Source of the DNA: Camelus ferus
Lineage: Eukaryota
Direction of reading: 5' to 3'
Assembly (NCBI RefSeq): GCF_009834535.1
Contig: NC_045697.1
Span: 21,082,001-21,146,000 of the forward strand
DNA: 64,000 nucleotides
The notes under the pieces: model-generated
Database searches by the model: none
What the model was told of the DNA's origin: nothing
Seen by the model: the letters and a program-made list of their open reading frames with translations, nothing else
In this document: positions 14,030-25,930 of the stretch, piece by piece
Numbering within the stretch: position 1 is the first letter of the stretch
Layout: each line of letters begins with the position of its first letter
Position numbers and translations under genes: made by a program

Positions 14030-14600
14030 AAATCCAATATTTGCCAGTCACTGAGTTACATTCTTTAAATGTTTTATTTCACTTTATCCTCACAAGAAAC
14101 TGATGAGGTAATACCATAGACCAAATGTTTGTGTCTGCTCAGAATTCACATGTTAAAACTTAATCCCTAGTGTTTATTTGTATTTGGAAGTGGGGCATTT
14201 GGGATGTGAATAGGGAATGAGGCAGAACTTTCATGAATGAGATTAGAGTCCTTACAAAAGAAATCTCAGAGAGTTCTCTTGATCTTTTTGCCATGTGAGG
14301 ACACAGTAAGAACATGGTTGTCCATGAGCCAGGAAACAGGCTCTCACCATATATCAGATCTGTTTGTGCCTTGATCTTGGACTCTTGGCCTCCAGAGCTC
14401 TGAGAAATAAATTTATATTAATTATAAGCCACTTCATTTATGGTATTTTATAGCTACAAAAGTACCAACTAAGACAGGTAAATTCATACTATCTCTTACC
14501 TATAAGGAAAGTGAGATTTTGAATAATCAAATAATTTGTTTAAGCTCTCACAGTTTATACACGGAAAGGCAGCCCTCATTTAGACTCCTCTAATTTACTG
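14030..14600 (-). mobile_element. MIR, interrupted by the MLT1 LTR
   Basis: tttatcctcacaagaaactgatgaggta on the left and ggaaagtgag...aataatttgtttaagctctcacag on the right resemble the antisense MIR core. Confidence 0.6.
14112..14476 (+). mobile_element. MaLR solo LTR (MLT1A-like)
   Basis: aattcacatgttaaaacttaatccc, gccatgtgaggacacag, ccttgatcttggact, gagaaataaattt, terminal actaagaca; 5-bp TSD ggtaa at 14107-14111 and 14477-14481. Confidence 0.9.
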
Positions 14601-15968
14601 CCTCTGATCAGTGATCAGTTCTGATAAAATCAACGGCACGTAAGAGAACTCTATTCCTGGTTTGATATTGACAGTATTTGGTATGTTCGTTTTTAAAAAA
14701 CATACCATTTGAAAGAAGTATGTCATATCAACTTTATTTTATTTTGAATCTTTTTTGTGTGTTTTGAATTTGTTTCCCATTTGAAAATTGTTTTCCGAAT
14801 TCAAGTATACATAATGTTATGATTGTACTTTTCTTAAAATTTTCTAGTAGTATTATATAGGAAGTAAAAAACATTTTGTCCTGTCATATGATTTGAAAGG
14901 TTTTTTCCAATTAATTTGTTTTTTAATTTTATAGCTTTCAATCTATAGTCATTATTTATGTTTAGCAAAACTTAAATATCAAGTTTTACTTCATACTTTC
15001 TTCTTTTGCTCTTATAATTGGAAGTTATTGTTTATATATGAAGAGCAGAGATTCTATTTTATTGTTTTCTTGCATTTATGTTTGAAAACATAACTAGTGC
15101 TGTTTTTGATCTATAGAGTATATTGAGTGCATAAATATGTGTGGACATACTACGGGGGTCATTACAGTTTACTTTCAAATCCATGTTTTTCCTTTTATTT
15201 GCAAAATACATTGACTATATTCCCTTGTCAACTGGCTACTTACTTCAGTGGGGCAAATGGTGCCACTGGTAAAATGTTAGTATGTTTATTTCTCTGCTAT
15301 TTTCTCTGTTTCTGTGCCTCTTTATTAAGAAAACTTGTAATTTTATTTAAATGTTAAGACTATTCCTTTCCCCACTATATATAATAAAGTTTTTGTCAAA
15401 GAATATAAAACTTGGAGGACCTCATGCTCTGGGTCAGTATTGATGCAATTTTTTACTCTTTATATTTTTGTTCTTTTGGTTATTGTAATTAATTCCAGGA
15501 TATCATCTTTAACAGATGTCTTTCTGTAGGATTTTAATATTATGGTTAAGAAAGAGAAGATGAAAACTTACTCGTGGCCTTTACAGAGAGAAACTCATCT
15601 CTTCTCAATCTACATTGCTAACAATTACATTTTATCTCTACTCAAGAATACTTAAAGTGACAGGGACATGATAGGAAACATGCTAGGATGTATTTTAACC
15701 AGTTATCTGTGAGTTAAGTTCACATTTCCTGTCCTTAAACTTAATTGTTCAAATGACATTTTTCCCCATCTAAAATGTAATTATTCATTTAGCCATCTCC
15801 TAATTGTTCTTAAAAGTGAAGGCTAGGCAAGCATTGAAAAGAAAAAAAATCTAAATTATGTGCCAATTTGTAAATTGCAGTTGCAGCATGCTCTGAAGTG
15901 GATTACACCATTTTATTTTTTACTTCAACAAAACTCTAAAGAGAAACAATTCAAAAAGGCAACTTCTA

Positions 15969-17060
15969 AGCTCACCCTCTCCCACAAATACACCAAAACT
16001 CACATCTATGGACCCACTCAGCCAATTAGAGCATCTGCCTAACTCTGACAGAACATCACCCTCTTCGAAAGACAAATACACCAAAATCTGGTAGGAGAAA
16101 AGGAAAAAAAAAAAAAGAAGAAAAAATAGTGTGGGACCAGTCCCGCAGGGAGAGAGCGGAAAAGGAGGAATAGCGCTCGGTTGCTGGGTCTCCCCTCTCC
16201 AATGGAGAGGCCAGTGGGATGGAGGGGGAGCCTCTGAGGCTCAGATCTGCCATGAGCACCCCTTGACCAACAGAACTTAGTTAAACTGGCACAAAGGGTC
16301 CCCGTGACACCCAGCACAAGATGCAAGCCGGCAGCTGGGGGCCCAGACAGGCCACCTGAGCTGGGCAGAGGACTGGGGCGGCTGCACTGAGGCAGCCCCA
16401 GGGGACTGCAGGGTGCTGCGTGCCATGGCTGGGAGGGGATACGAGGCAGAACAACCTTGGTCTCCCATAAATTGCGAAAAAAGCAAAGCAACAAGGATGG
16501 TGTGCCCTGGGGGGAGGGGCACCATAGCCTTTGTCTCCTCAGACTCACGGCACCTTTACTAGCGCTTCTCAGGAGAAGAGAAGTGGGGCGCAGCCACAGC
16601 CGCCATCTCCTCCAGTGCACAGCACGGGTGGAGGGGGTGGGGCCGAGACCTGAATCTGCACACAGGGGCTTCACAACCTCCTAGGCAGGACGGAGACTTG
16701 TCTACAGCCTGAGGCAGATAGGATCATTCTGCCCTGGCACCTCAGAGAACTCATGCTGCCAAGACAAACAAGGACCTGAGATTTGGCACAGAGCAGGGGC
16801 GGGGCTGTTCCACAGTCTTCCCCGAGCCCGCCTACAGAGCGCCAACCTGAGGTGGAGCAGGCAGCTGCACAGAGCAGCAGAGTGACCAGTGCTGGGAGAG
16901 GGCAGGCGGCTGGCCACCCACTTTCCTGGCAGGAATGCAGCACCTGACTATAGTGCTTGGAGGGGGCACGATCCTCCTACCTGCCTCGCCCAAGCACAGC
17001 ATCGGGAGGGGGAGTGTCCCACCCACACACTGGCCACAGTGCCAGAGAGATAGGAGCAAT
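15969..17060 (+). promoter_or_regulatory. L1 5'UTR / internal promoter region
   Basis: The longest GC-rich, CpG-retaining block in the window, directly upstream of the ORF1 ATG; L1 5'UTRs carry an internal Pol II promoter. Confidence 0.75.
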
Positions 17061-17948
17061 ATGAAGAAGCAGAGGAACTACTCCCAATTATAAGATCAGG
17101 AGAAACCCCCTGAAACCACGATCAAGGATATAGACATTGATGGCCTACTAGATCAAGATTTCAAAAAAGGACTGATCAAAGTACTGAAGGAACGAAAAGA
17201 AATAGTGTTTAGAGATATAAAATATGTCAAATATGAAATAGGAGCTATAAAGAAGAACCAAGTAGAATTAGTAAACTCATTGGCTGAGATGAGAGCTGAC
17301 CTAAAGGCTATACAAAGCAGGCTAGATAATGTAGAGGAACAAATAAGTGACTTAGAAGACAGGACAACAAAAAGCACCCAATCACAACAGCTGAGAGAAA
17401 AACAAATTAAAAACAATGAAACAAGATAAGGGACCTATGGGATAATATAAAGCATGCCAATCTATGCATAATGGGTTCCAGAAGGGGAAGAAAGAACAAA
17501 GGGGATTGAAACACTATTGGAAGAAATCATGACTGAAAACTTCCCAAACCTAAAAGAATCAGATATCCAAGTACAGGAGGTTCAGAGAGTCCCAAACAGG
17601 AAGAACCCAAACAGACCCACACCAAGACATACCATAATCAAGATGGCCAGAGTCAAAGATAAAGGAATGATACTAAAGGCAGCAAGAGAAAAACAAAGAA
17701 TGAGTTGCAAGGGAACCCCCAAAAGGCTTTCAGCTGATTTCTCTACACAAACACTACAGGCCAGAAGGGAGTGGCAAGATATATTCAAAGTCCTGAATGA
17801 AAAAAAGATGCAGCCTAGGATACTCTATCCAGCAAGGCTATCCTTTAGAATAGAAGGAGAGATAAAGAACTTCACAGACAAGCAAAAACTAAAAGAGTCT
17901 AGCAACACTAAACCCATGCTAAAAGAAACGTTGACAGATCTACTCTAA
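17061..17948 (+). pseudogene. L1 ORF1p (RNA-binding chaperone), disrupted
   Basis: MKKQRNYSQL* (premature TAA at 17091), coiled-coil SRLDNVEEQISDLEDR, frameshifted IRDLWDNIK, then ENFPNL, PTPRHTIIKM, RLSADFS, ARREW, QPRILYPARLSF; two frameshifts near 17425-17480. Confidence 0.93.
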
Positions 17949-18093
17949 ATAGAAAAGAAGCAAGATGCTACAAAAATGAGAAACTCATAACTGGAAAGGT
18001 GAAAACCACCATCCATGAATTACAAATAGAATAAACACAAAATTGTAAAAGAAGACATCTAAATCATTAAGAATGGGGGAGGGAAGCAAGGAA

Positions 18094-18450
18094 AGCCACT
18101 GTAGAAAACAGTATGGAGATTTCTCAAATGCCTAGGTATAGACTTACCATATGACCCAGGAATCCCGCTCCTGGGCATATATCCAGAAGGAACCCTACTT
18201 CAGGATGACACCTGCGCATCAGTGTTCCTAGCAGCACTATTTACAATAGCCAAGACATGGAAACAGCCTAAATGTCCATCAACAGATGACTGGATAAAGA
18301 AGAGGTGGTATATTTATACAATGGAATACTATTCGGCCACAAAAACCAACAACATAATGCCATTTGCAGCAACATGGATGTCTTAGAGAATGTTCTAAGT
18401 GAAGTAAGCCAGAAAGACAAAGAAAAATACCGTATGAGATCACTCATATG
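18094..18450 (+). pseudogene. L1 ORF2p C-terminal remnant only
   Basis: Translates as [29 protein letters not shown]...FTIAKTWKQPKCPSTDDWIKKRWYIYTMEYYSA. Confidence 0.9.
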
Positions 18451-19639
18451 AGGAATATAAAAAAAATTAAAAAATAAATAAATAAATAAATAAATAAATA
18501 AATACAAAACAGAAACAGACTCATAGACATAGAATACAAACTCGTGTTTGCCTAGGGGGCGGGGGAGGGGAAGGGACAGACTGGGATTTTAAAATGTAAA
18601 GTAGAAAAACAAGACAATATTGTATAGCACAGGGAAATATATACAAGATCTTATGGTAGCTCATAGCAAAATAAAAATGTGACAATGAATATATGTATGT
18701 TCATGTATAACTGAAAAATTGTGCTTTACACTGGAATTTGACACAACATTGTAAAATGACTATTGCTCAATAAAAAATCTTAAAAAAAAATAAAAATTAA
18801 AAAATTAAAAAAAGACAGTTTCTACACAAAAAGCTGAAAGGCTCAGGTCAAGCAGGACTGACAAGAGGTAACTAACAGTAACTCAAATTGCATTATTTAG
18901 TATACCTTATTCTTATTTCCCCCACTATGTGTTTGAAAGAAAACCCATACACCTTAAATTTTGACTTAATCTTATGTGTATAGCACATGTTAGCCATAAA
19001 AATGTAAATATTGTATCTAGAGGTTGATTGTTTCTAACAAATCTTTGGATTCTTCAGCAAAAAATTTATACACACTACTAACTAGTTTGACTATTTATTG
19101 TCTTTTAGAGTGGCCAGCCCATTTAATATAGCAGTAATAGTGTTTTATTACTGCTCTCAGGAGTTCAGAATATAGTAGGGAAGGCAGTGCAGTAAATAAA
19201 TTATAAAAAAAAAAAAACCCTAGGTAAGTATAGTTACAGGCAAAACACATATGTTTTGATAAGTTTTAAAAAAGGCACCTAACATAGCCAACATCACTGA
19301 AATTAAAGATGATTTTGCAGTTGCTGGTTTATATGAATTAGCTTAATGAGAATGAGTGCACAGGTTTGCGTAGGGTTGGGAGAAACATGTCCAAGGGAAA
19401 ATGAATACCATCTGCAATTCTCAGAAGAGGAATGAGTCATTAATTATAAATGAATCCTGGAGTCTGAGGGTAAAAATAATATGGCTGCATTACTGGAGCA
19501 CTGGTTATGATGCTATCATGAAATACCTCATAAACATCCTAATTGGTATGGAAGAGTTCACACAGATGAGTGGCATGAAACCCTCTCCATATTAGAACAA
19601 TTTCACTAATCAAATATGTGGACAAGAGAGCAGAGTTAT

Positions 19640-20475
19640 AGCTCAAAAAATTTGATAAACCAGATGAAAAGGATAAATGCATAGAAACATACAACCTTCT
19701 AAGACAGAAATATGAAGAAACAGGAAACTTGAACACACCAATAACAAAGAGATTATATCAGTAATCAAAAACCTCCTGAAAAACATAATCCCTTTGCCAG
19801 AAGGACATACTGGTGAATTATACCAAATAATTAAAAAAGAATAATTAATGCCAATATTTCTCAAAATCATCAAAAAAAGAGGAGGGAAGACTTCCAAATT
19901 CATTTTACAAGGGCAGTGTTATTCTGATACCAAAGCCAGGGAAGGACATTATGAGAAAATAAATTTATAGAATAATATCCTTGATGAATATAGATGCAAA
20001 AATCCTCAACAAAATACCAGCAAACTGAGATCAGCAATACATTAAAATGATGAAACATTATGATTAAATGGGATTTATTCCAGAGATGCAAGGATGGTTC
20101 AGCGTCCACAAATCATTAAATGTGCTACACCACATTAATAGAGTGAAAGACAAATATCATACGATCATTTCAACTGATGCAGAAAAAGCATTTGATAAAA
20201 TTCAACATCCCTTCATGGTTAAAATTCTCAACAAACTGTGTATTGAGGAAATGTACTTCAACATTATAAAGACAATATATGACAAGCCCACTGCCATCAT
20301 AATACTCAACAGTGAAACAGTGAAAACTTTTCCTCTAAGATTAGGGGAAATAGGATGCCCACTCTCACCGCTGTCATTCAACGTAATATTGGAAGGTCTA
20401 TCCAGAGAAATTAGTCAATAAAATGAAAAAAAAAAGGCATCAAAACTAGAAAGAAAGAAGTAAAATTGTCACCAG
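19640..20475 (+). mobile_element. Older L1 ORF2 reverse-transcriptase fragment
   Basis: ORF 20068..20421 contains [28 protein letters not shown] and [14 protein letters not shown], which are L1 RT motifs; upstream frameshifted LIPKPGK and SLMNIDAKILNK. Confidence 0.92.
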
Positions 20476-22559
20476 ATATGAAGAGAATTGGACAAACAGA
20501 AGTAATACTAAGAATTCAGAACTGATTGAGCTTTGTTAAGGGATGGAGGATTAAATATAGAAGATGAGTGAAAATCTGAATTTTGCTTAGGAACCTATGT
20601 ACATAAAGAAGCAGTTCCACATAATAGAGAATACAAAAGGAGGAGAAAGTATTAGAAAAAGTCAAGTAATAAATGCAAATTTGGACATTATGAATCTGTC
20701 TGCTTATGAGATAAACAGGATCAGAAGTCTAATGTGCTTAAAGGAATAAAACAGACAAAAACAAAACAAAAAGATTGAGCTCTTTGGAAAAATTACCAGA
20801 AAAAATCCTAGAAATAAAACTTATAATTGTTTAATTATACAAATATCAGAGAATAGAACATGTGAAAAATGATTTCAGAAGGGAGAACTGACATGCAAAT
20901 AGTAACGATGAACATAATGATAAAGGTAAAATGATAAAGGTAACTGTATCGGTAGAAGCACCCAAGGAATGATCACATCAAAACCATGATAATAATGTAA
21001 GATTTGGGGGGAAATTGGGAAGGTATAGAATGAGATACTGGACAACAATTGAAAAAAAAGTTTCAAAGAGCTGACAGAATAAAATTATTACCTTCACTAT
21101 CAACAATGTGAGTAAAAAATGCTGGCAAATTTAAACTTTAAGAATTCGTGTTTAAATAGCTAGGGCTATCAGAACAATATGAGGTTAAGAGTTTCTAACT
21201 TTCAGAAAACGTAAGAAGAATAAATGGAATGAGTGAAAAAGGGAGGAAGGACCCCTCAATCTGTAAAAGTAAAAGACAAAAAAGAAGAGAAATTGGGCAA
21301 TGGAAAGCATATAATAAAATAGTAGAAGTAAAATTGAATGCATCAGAAATCATAGTTCATGTAAATGTAATAACCTTTCCAATTTTATCAGTAAAGTTTC
21401 AAACAGAACACAGATGGTTTCTCAACTTACAAGAACTTGAGGAAGGTTTATTTATAATTGGAGAATTTACAAAATAATGTATGAGGGTAAAGGAGCTCAA
21501 GGAATAGTGCAGTTACTAGAAATCAGTATCTTTGAAACCCATTACCTCTAGGTTCAACGGTCTAGGTATGGGAAAAATTAGTGCAAGGAAAGATTTCTGT
21601 TGAGAAGGCCTCCTTGAGTGTTCTTCAGGGTAATCTTTCAACGATGTAGCCTTCACTCTCCTCGTCACCCTATGATCTACTGGGGTTTCTCATTGACTGA
21701 CCCAAATAGAAACCAGTGGTCAAGAATCTTTGGATGGACTCCACAAAGATCAACCTTCCAATATGGAGAGCAGGAGGAGAAGGATGAAGAGTTCGTCTTC
21801 AGAGGCAAAAGAGCTATCGTGTCCATTTTTAATGTCTAATTTAATTAAATTTTAGAATTGTTAACTACACCTTGTTAGAAAAACATTGCATGCTTAATAT
21901 TTAATTAATTATATTTAGGTACATTCCAGCAAAATATTAAAGCAAATGTATAGGGTCCACCAAATAACAAATAAAGCTGATTCATTTTTTCAGAAAATGC
22001 AGATATGGCTGAAAGTATTTCATGCCAAATGTGGTCTGCATAAGAATTAAAAGCAAAAATATCTGACATTTTGTTTTCAGTAACTGCCAATACAATATGT
22101 TCCATGGATTAGAGCTCCAATAGAAAGTAGCTTTGGCTAATTTCTAAGGTCCAGTGAATTCTTCTTAGTCCAGTGAGAGTATGTTAAGAATGTTACATCC
22201 TTTGCTTCTTTGACCCCTGCCTTACCCTACTGCTGGATAAACTAACATGAGAAATGCCTCCATAGGGGCTGGTGGTTGTGACACACATGCTGTTATCACT
22301 TCAGTGTGAGGTGAGACTATTCAAAACCATAAGTCAACAATATTGTTGGGATCAAAGGAAAAAAAAACCCAAACCTGGCAAATCTGACTTGATTGATGTT
22401 GGAGTATAATGGAATGGTGCCTCATAGTCTCACAATAACCCTGGGATAGCAGCAAGATAAACTAAAGTCACACTAGGCATCCTTAAAGATGATGGTGAGT
22501 ACACAAAATCCCTTTAGGTTGGAATTCCTTACATAAAGCTTGTGTTTCCAATATAGAGT

Positions 22560-22621
22560 TTTCTTTCTCTCTGTCTCTCTGTCTCTCTCTCTCTGTTTTT
22601 TTTTTTTTTTTTTTTTTTTTT
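22560..22621. repeat. (CT)n followed by poly-T
   Basis: Direct inspection. Confidence 0.85.
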
Positions 22622-23099
22622 GGTCAGAGAGTCTTTCTCCATCAGAGGAGTTTTCTAATGTTAGAGCAGTAACATTCCCTTTCTTCTTTCTTTCCTTGCC
22701 TCATTGGCCACTGAACAAGATTTACTGAGAAGATTTGAACTATCTATATTTGTGCACTGTTGTCTGGCTACATGCATAACTTTAGTCTTAAGTTTCTTTG
22801 AACACCAAGAGAAACATCCTCTTGGGAATTAATCTCATCAATATCTGCAAAGTCTCTGGAAATCTTCACAAAGACCTGATTTAGTATTAAAGACAACATG
22901 ACACAAGTTCAGGTAGGTTTCGTATTCATTTATAGATGAACGGCAATATCAAAACGATGCACATGTATGCAAGCCACTGCACAGTATGGGGCTGTCAGAC
23001 TCATTTTTTTCTAAAAGACATACCAGGGACACCCAAAGATAATAATAGCAGTACTTTTTTTTTCTTTAATTAGTGACTTGAATATATTAGTGGTTTCAA

Positions 23100-23461
23100 T
23101 GTATTCATTTGCAAGGGTTGTTGCCTGGGGGCTTAAACCACAGTGATTTTTTCCCCACAGTTATGGAAACTAGAAGTATGAGATCAAAGTGGCAGTAGAT
23201 TTTGTTTCTCCTGAGGCCTCTCTCCTTGGCTTGCAGATGGCCGCCTTCTCCCTGGGCCCTCACGAGGTCTGTCTTGTGTTCTTGTGCATCCTGATGCCTC
23301 TTCTGCTTGGAAGGACACCAGTCATATTGGATTAGGGTCCCACCCTTATGACCTCATTTAATCTGAATTATGTCTTTGAAAGACCCTATTTCCAAATACA
23401 GTCATACTGGGAGTTAATGCTTTAACATGGATTTGGGAAGTACACAATTCAGTCCACGATA
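23100..23461 (-). mobile_element. MaLR LTR (MLT1-like), antisense
   Basis: ctagaagtatgagatcaaagtg, tgaggcctctctccttggcttgcagatggccgccttctc, aaggacaccagtcatattggattagggtcccacccttatgacctcatttaa, cacaattcag. Confidence 0.88.
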
Positions 23462-24197
23462 GTTTTTAATAAACTATTCATTTTTAATCTTATGACAGTG
23501 AACTGTTGTATAAGATTTAAAGACATGGAATACATCTTTCCAATTTCTGTTGCCCTAGTAGTAAGTATCTTATTTAGCACAACTGAATATAATCTAATTG
23601 TGCCCTAATCAAGAATGTCCAAGGGCTTTTTTGCTCCAAGCATTTGACCACTTTGAATCCCCAGGCAAAAGAAAGAGCTTCCTAATTTACTTTTACACAT
23701 AGCTTTTGAGGTAATTATCTTCTTGAGGGAGATTTTTTCTGCTAGGTAGTCTCAGTGAATTTGGATTCTGTAATCTCTCCCTGGAAATAATTATCTCTCT
23801 AACTTATTGAGCAATCAGTGAAAATGTAAATGAAACAAAAGAAGAAAATACACAAGCCACATCTGTTGAAGTAGTTGAACATGCTTTGAACTAAACTGGA
23901 GGGGTTAAAGAAAACAGGAAGTTCATGAAAGGCCTGCCTTTTCAACTGCACATTAGTATAGACAGGAATTTGGAAGTATGGCATCTCAGACTCAGCTTGT
24001 TTTTTGAAGATGCACTGAGTCAACAGCAGTGGAAGGTGAGGCCAGACTGAAGAATCTCAGTCACAACTGGCCAAGGTCTATAGGTGATGAGTTACCTTCC
24101 AAAGTGAAAGTCAATGTTTGGAAAAATCAGAAAGTTCTTTAACAGTCCATGAATATTTGTGTCTGTACAATTTTCTCATTTTAATCAAAACCATCAC

Positions 24198-24392
24198 TTT
24201 TTTTTTAAATTGAAGTATAGTCGATTTACAATATTGTGTTAGTCTCTGTTGTATAGCATAGTGATACAGTTATATACATGTATATGTATTTTTTCATACT
24301 CTATTTCATTATAGGTTACTACAAGATTGAATATAGTTCCCTGTGCTATACAGCAGGACCTTGTTGCTTATCTTCTTTATACATAGTAGTTA
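24198..24392 (-). mobile_element. Short 5'-truncated L1 3' end
   Basis: Poly-T then aaattgaagtatagtcgatttacaatattgtgttag...tatagttccctgtgctatacagcaggacc; homologous to 54490-54730. Confidence 0.85.
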
Positions 24393-24639
24393 GTTCCTGC
24401 ACAGCACTCTCATCCAGAAGTCCTTCTTGTCATCCACCTCCCCTCTGCCCAGCAGCACCTGATTATTAGCTCAGAGAGGCAAAACTTGGAAACTCCATTC
24501 CTCATCTCTTGGAAATCACCTGGTTTCTGCCACCAGGGGCTCCCCCTGCTCTTGGCCAGTCTTCCCTCCTACCAAGACACGACCTACAGCCTGGGCCACT
24601 ACTGCACATGTGATATGACTGACCCAAGTCCAACTTCGA

Positions 24640-25930
24640 TTTTTTAAAATAACTTCAACCTATATTCTTTATCCAGAAGATACCTTTAAAAGGTAAAGAC
24701 ATGGAAAATTGGGAGAACAATAAATGGAAAAACATATAACAGGCAAATACCCAAAAAGAGGTCATGTATCTACAATAGTCAAAGTAGACCTTGTAGCCAA
24801 AAGCATTTTTAGAAATAAGCAGGTTGACTTCATACTGATAACAAGTTTAATTCACCAGGGACTATAAAAATCTACGCTTGTATTCACTTATCATAGCCTC
24901 AAGACAGATGAGGTAAAATAAAACTTCAAAGGGAAACTGACAAGGCATTACTGTTGTGGGAGTTTCTTAGTACATTTCTCTAGATAATTAATTGAACAAG
25001 CAGATCAAAATCAATAGGGATACACATGATTTGAAAGGTGTATGAAACAGTCTTGAACAAATGAACACATATAGAATATAGAATATTGCACCCAATAATT
25101 GGAATTTACACATAAATATATATGAAAAGCAAATATTTACCAAAAGCTACCTTGGTCATGTGTTAAGACTGGGTTTGAACTGATCATATTTTTTTATTGC
25201 AAATGTAACTACTTTGAATATAAGATGAAAAGAGATACAAAATACAATATGACCCAAAAATTATTTTAAAAAATATTCTCCCAAAAAACAAATTGTTTTA
25301 TATAAGGAACAAAATGTTGGCTTTACACTAGAAAATAGATCATTGAAATTAACCAACTTAATGAGGGTAAAAATTGCATAATCATCTCAGTAGATGTCCT
25401 CTGAAAAAATTTTAAAATTCCTACCCATTCATGAATAAAAAAATGAAAATAAACAAAAAACACTTATATTTCCAGATAAAAATAGGTGAATCCTAATGCT
25501 GTTATTCTGGAAATGTACTTTTAGTATGAAGAGAAAAACAAAAGATATCCACTACCTCTACTTGTATGGAAGTCACTGTCTATCGTTGTAAGGCCAGAAA
25601 AGAAATAAAAGTAATGGAGAGAAGGAAAGACAGAAAACTTTCTTTACTTCTAGGTGATTTAATAGTATACATACACAAATTAATTATAATTGATAAGAAA
25701 ATTTAGCAATACTGATGTATGAATTAAGTGTATAAAAATTCATTTATTTCTATACACTAGCAACAATCCATTAGGAAATATATACTTTAAAGGCATTTAC
25801 AATTATGATAGCAACAAAATAGATAAAGTATCAGGAATAAATCTAACTAAATATATATATTATAATTTTATGAAAAATGGTTATTAAAACACACTAAAAT
25901 ACCTATGTAAATGAATAAACTACTTTAGTC
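24640..25930 (+). mobile_element. Highly degraded old L1 ORF2 fragments
   Basis: A-rich + strand with remnants such as gcacccaataa...cacat, ataatcatctcagtagatg, tttctatacactagcaacaa, ggaataaatctaactaaa. Confidence 0.65.

Larger units (their letters stand above)
15969..18808 (+). mobile_element. Internally deleted L1 (5'UTR + ORF1 + ORF2 C-terminal stub + 3'UTR + polyA); HAL1-like architecture
   Basis: GC-rich 5'UTR starting agctcaccctctcccacaaatacacc; ORF1 at 17061-17948; junction near 18094 into the ORF2 C-terminus; AATAAA and A-tail; degenerate TSD aaaaaggcaacttcta (15953-15968) / aaaaagacagtttcta (18809-18824). Confidence 0.92.

Noticed and set aside
16039..16674. 211-aa antisense ORF in the L1 5'UTR (possible ORF0 analogue)
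   Set aside because: It starts at GTG, lies in GC-rich, stop-poor DNA, runs through an A-tract giving poly-Phe, and resembles no protein I know.
18555..18575. G-quadruplex motif gggggcgggggaggggaaggg
   Set aside because: This is the ordinary G-rich tract of L1 3'UTRs.
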